Origin: Podospora anserina | Taxonomy: Eukaryota | Direction: 5' to 3' | Assembly: GCA_017654855.1 (NCBI GenBank) | Contig: CM030334.1 | Span: forward strand, 2,666,001-2,730,000 | DNA length: 64,000 bases | In this document: positions 62,936-64,000 of the stretch, one piece after another | Layout: the number at the start of each line of letters is the position of its first letter | Position numbering within the stretch: the stretch's first letter is position 1 | The notes under the pieces: model-generated | The model's input: the letters and a program-made list of their open reading frames with translations, nothing else | Databases searched by the model: none | Told to the model about the DNA's origin: nothing | Made by a program: the position numbers and the translations under genes

Positions 62936-64000
62936 TCAATAATCGACCAACCTCAACCGTTTCCCAATCTCCGTCCGTCTCTTGGCCTGCTGCGTCGCCC
63001 GTTCACTCGCCTTCGTCTCCCCACCCTCGTAGCTCTCCCCCCTCGCCTTGAGCGCCTGAAGCAGCATCCCCGCGTCAAAGAAGCCATCTATTTTTTATTT
63101 TTTTCGTTAGTCATCATCATCACCCATACATCCGTATCAAAAAGGAAAACTTACAACCGCCCAACTCATCATCCTCACTCATCCCCAACAGGCTATCCTC
63201 CGTCGGACTCACGCTCCCATTCACACTGAACCCTCCCTTCCTCCCCAGATCACTGCCGCCGGTGATAAGTCGTCCCCGGAGTTTGGCCTTCGCAGTGGCA
63301 GAATCTTTGTGTGTAAGTTTCGGCTTGGCCTTCATCTCATCCACCTCCCTGGCTCTGCTCTGCTTGCTGGCAACCCCCGCCCCTCCATTTCTCTGGGCTG
63401 CGGTCAACCGCAGGATCCGGCGGATCTCCAAGAGGTAGGACTCAAGGGTATCGACGAAACGCTTGGTTTGGCGATGGCGGGAGGAGACACAAATAGAGAT
63501 GGTCTCGTCTTTGATGATATAGCCTATCCCGAAGCCATCTCCCGACACGGGGCCGAAGCCAAAGTGTCGCAGGGATGGGTTGCCGCAGTTGGAGGTGGAG
63601 AGGATGGTGGTGTTGAGCTTGTCCCAACCCGAGTCAGCAAAAATGAGGGGCAGTTGATGAGATGATCCATTAGGCGAGCGGGAACGGGAGGAGTGTCTAG
63701 ATGAGGCGGAATTGGTCCTGTTGCGGATGACGCTGCTGTTGGCGTCGTCACCATTGGTCGTGCCATTGGTCCCGTTGGTGTTGGTGGTAGCCGCGGGGGG
63801 GGCATGGACCGCAGACGAGGGGGTGGTGCCATTGTCGATAAGGTACTCGGCCGCTCTGCCGTGGGAAGAGCTGATATCAGACATGCCATCTACCGGAGAA
63901 GAGTACCCGTTGGTGCTATCGCCGTTGGAGCCAAAGTCATCGTCAACCATGCGCTGCCAGAGACAAAACAGGGCGTACAAATGACGATCACACCCTTGGG
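62936..64000 (-). CDS. Carnitine O-acetyltransferase (FacC/Yat1 type), 3' part only; exons >64000-63155, 63087-62936
   Basis: Motifs QGCDRHLYAL, IFADSGWDKLNTTILSTSNCGNPSLRHFGFGPVSGDGFGIGYII, spliced LGG|YGFFDAGMLLQAL, and C-terminal KRLRLVDY*. Confidence 0.92.

Noticed and set aside
1-64000. CRISPR arrays, transposons, RIP-degraded repeats, tRNA or 5S rRNA genes
   Set aside because: No repeat-spacer arrays, transposase or reverse-transcriptase motifs, long AT-rich blocks or RNA-gene signatures seen by eye.

Overview
Eukaryotic, gene-dense 64-kb window from a filamentous ascomycete. Short GT-AG introns with CTAAC/CTGAC branch points and the gene content point to Sordariales; a Podospora-like genome is an inference. 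I can reconstruct 16 complete intron-containing or single-exon genes plus one partial gene: GDE1, an Rpr2/Snm1-family RNase P/MRP subunit, ZPR1, a secreted aldose 1-epimerase, VMA2, CWC27, HSF1, an arrestin-like protein, CYP10/PPIL3, SEN54, an uncharacterised 719-aa protein with a duplicated unnamed domain, CTF8, DPH1, RPS6, TOM1, an SFL1-like HSF factor, and the 3' part of a FacC/Yat1-type carnitine acetyltransferase. I found no tRNA, rRNA, transposon or CRISPR. The strongest unexplained signals are: (1) a ~64-bp fold-back hairpin downstream of the SFL1-like gene whose transition mismatches are all G-U on the + strand (milRNA-precursor-like); (2) three consecutive in-frame, stop-free introns in TOM1, one 210 nt long and protein-like (possible exitron); (3) the tandem 'GYW' domain protein with a complex leader; (4) a 32-bp palindrome upstream of the mutarotase; (5) an R-to-H change in the conserved DPH1 GDGRFH motif. 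Exon boundaries were read by eye and need RNA-seq confirmation.
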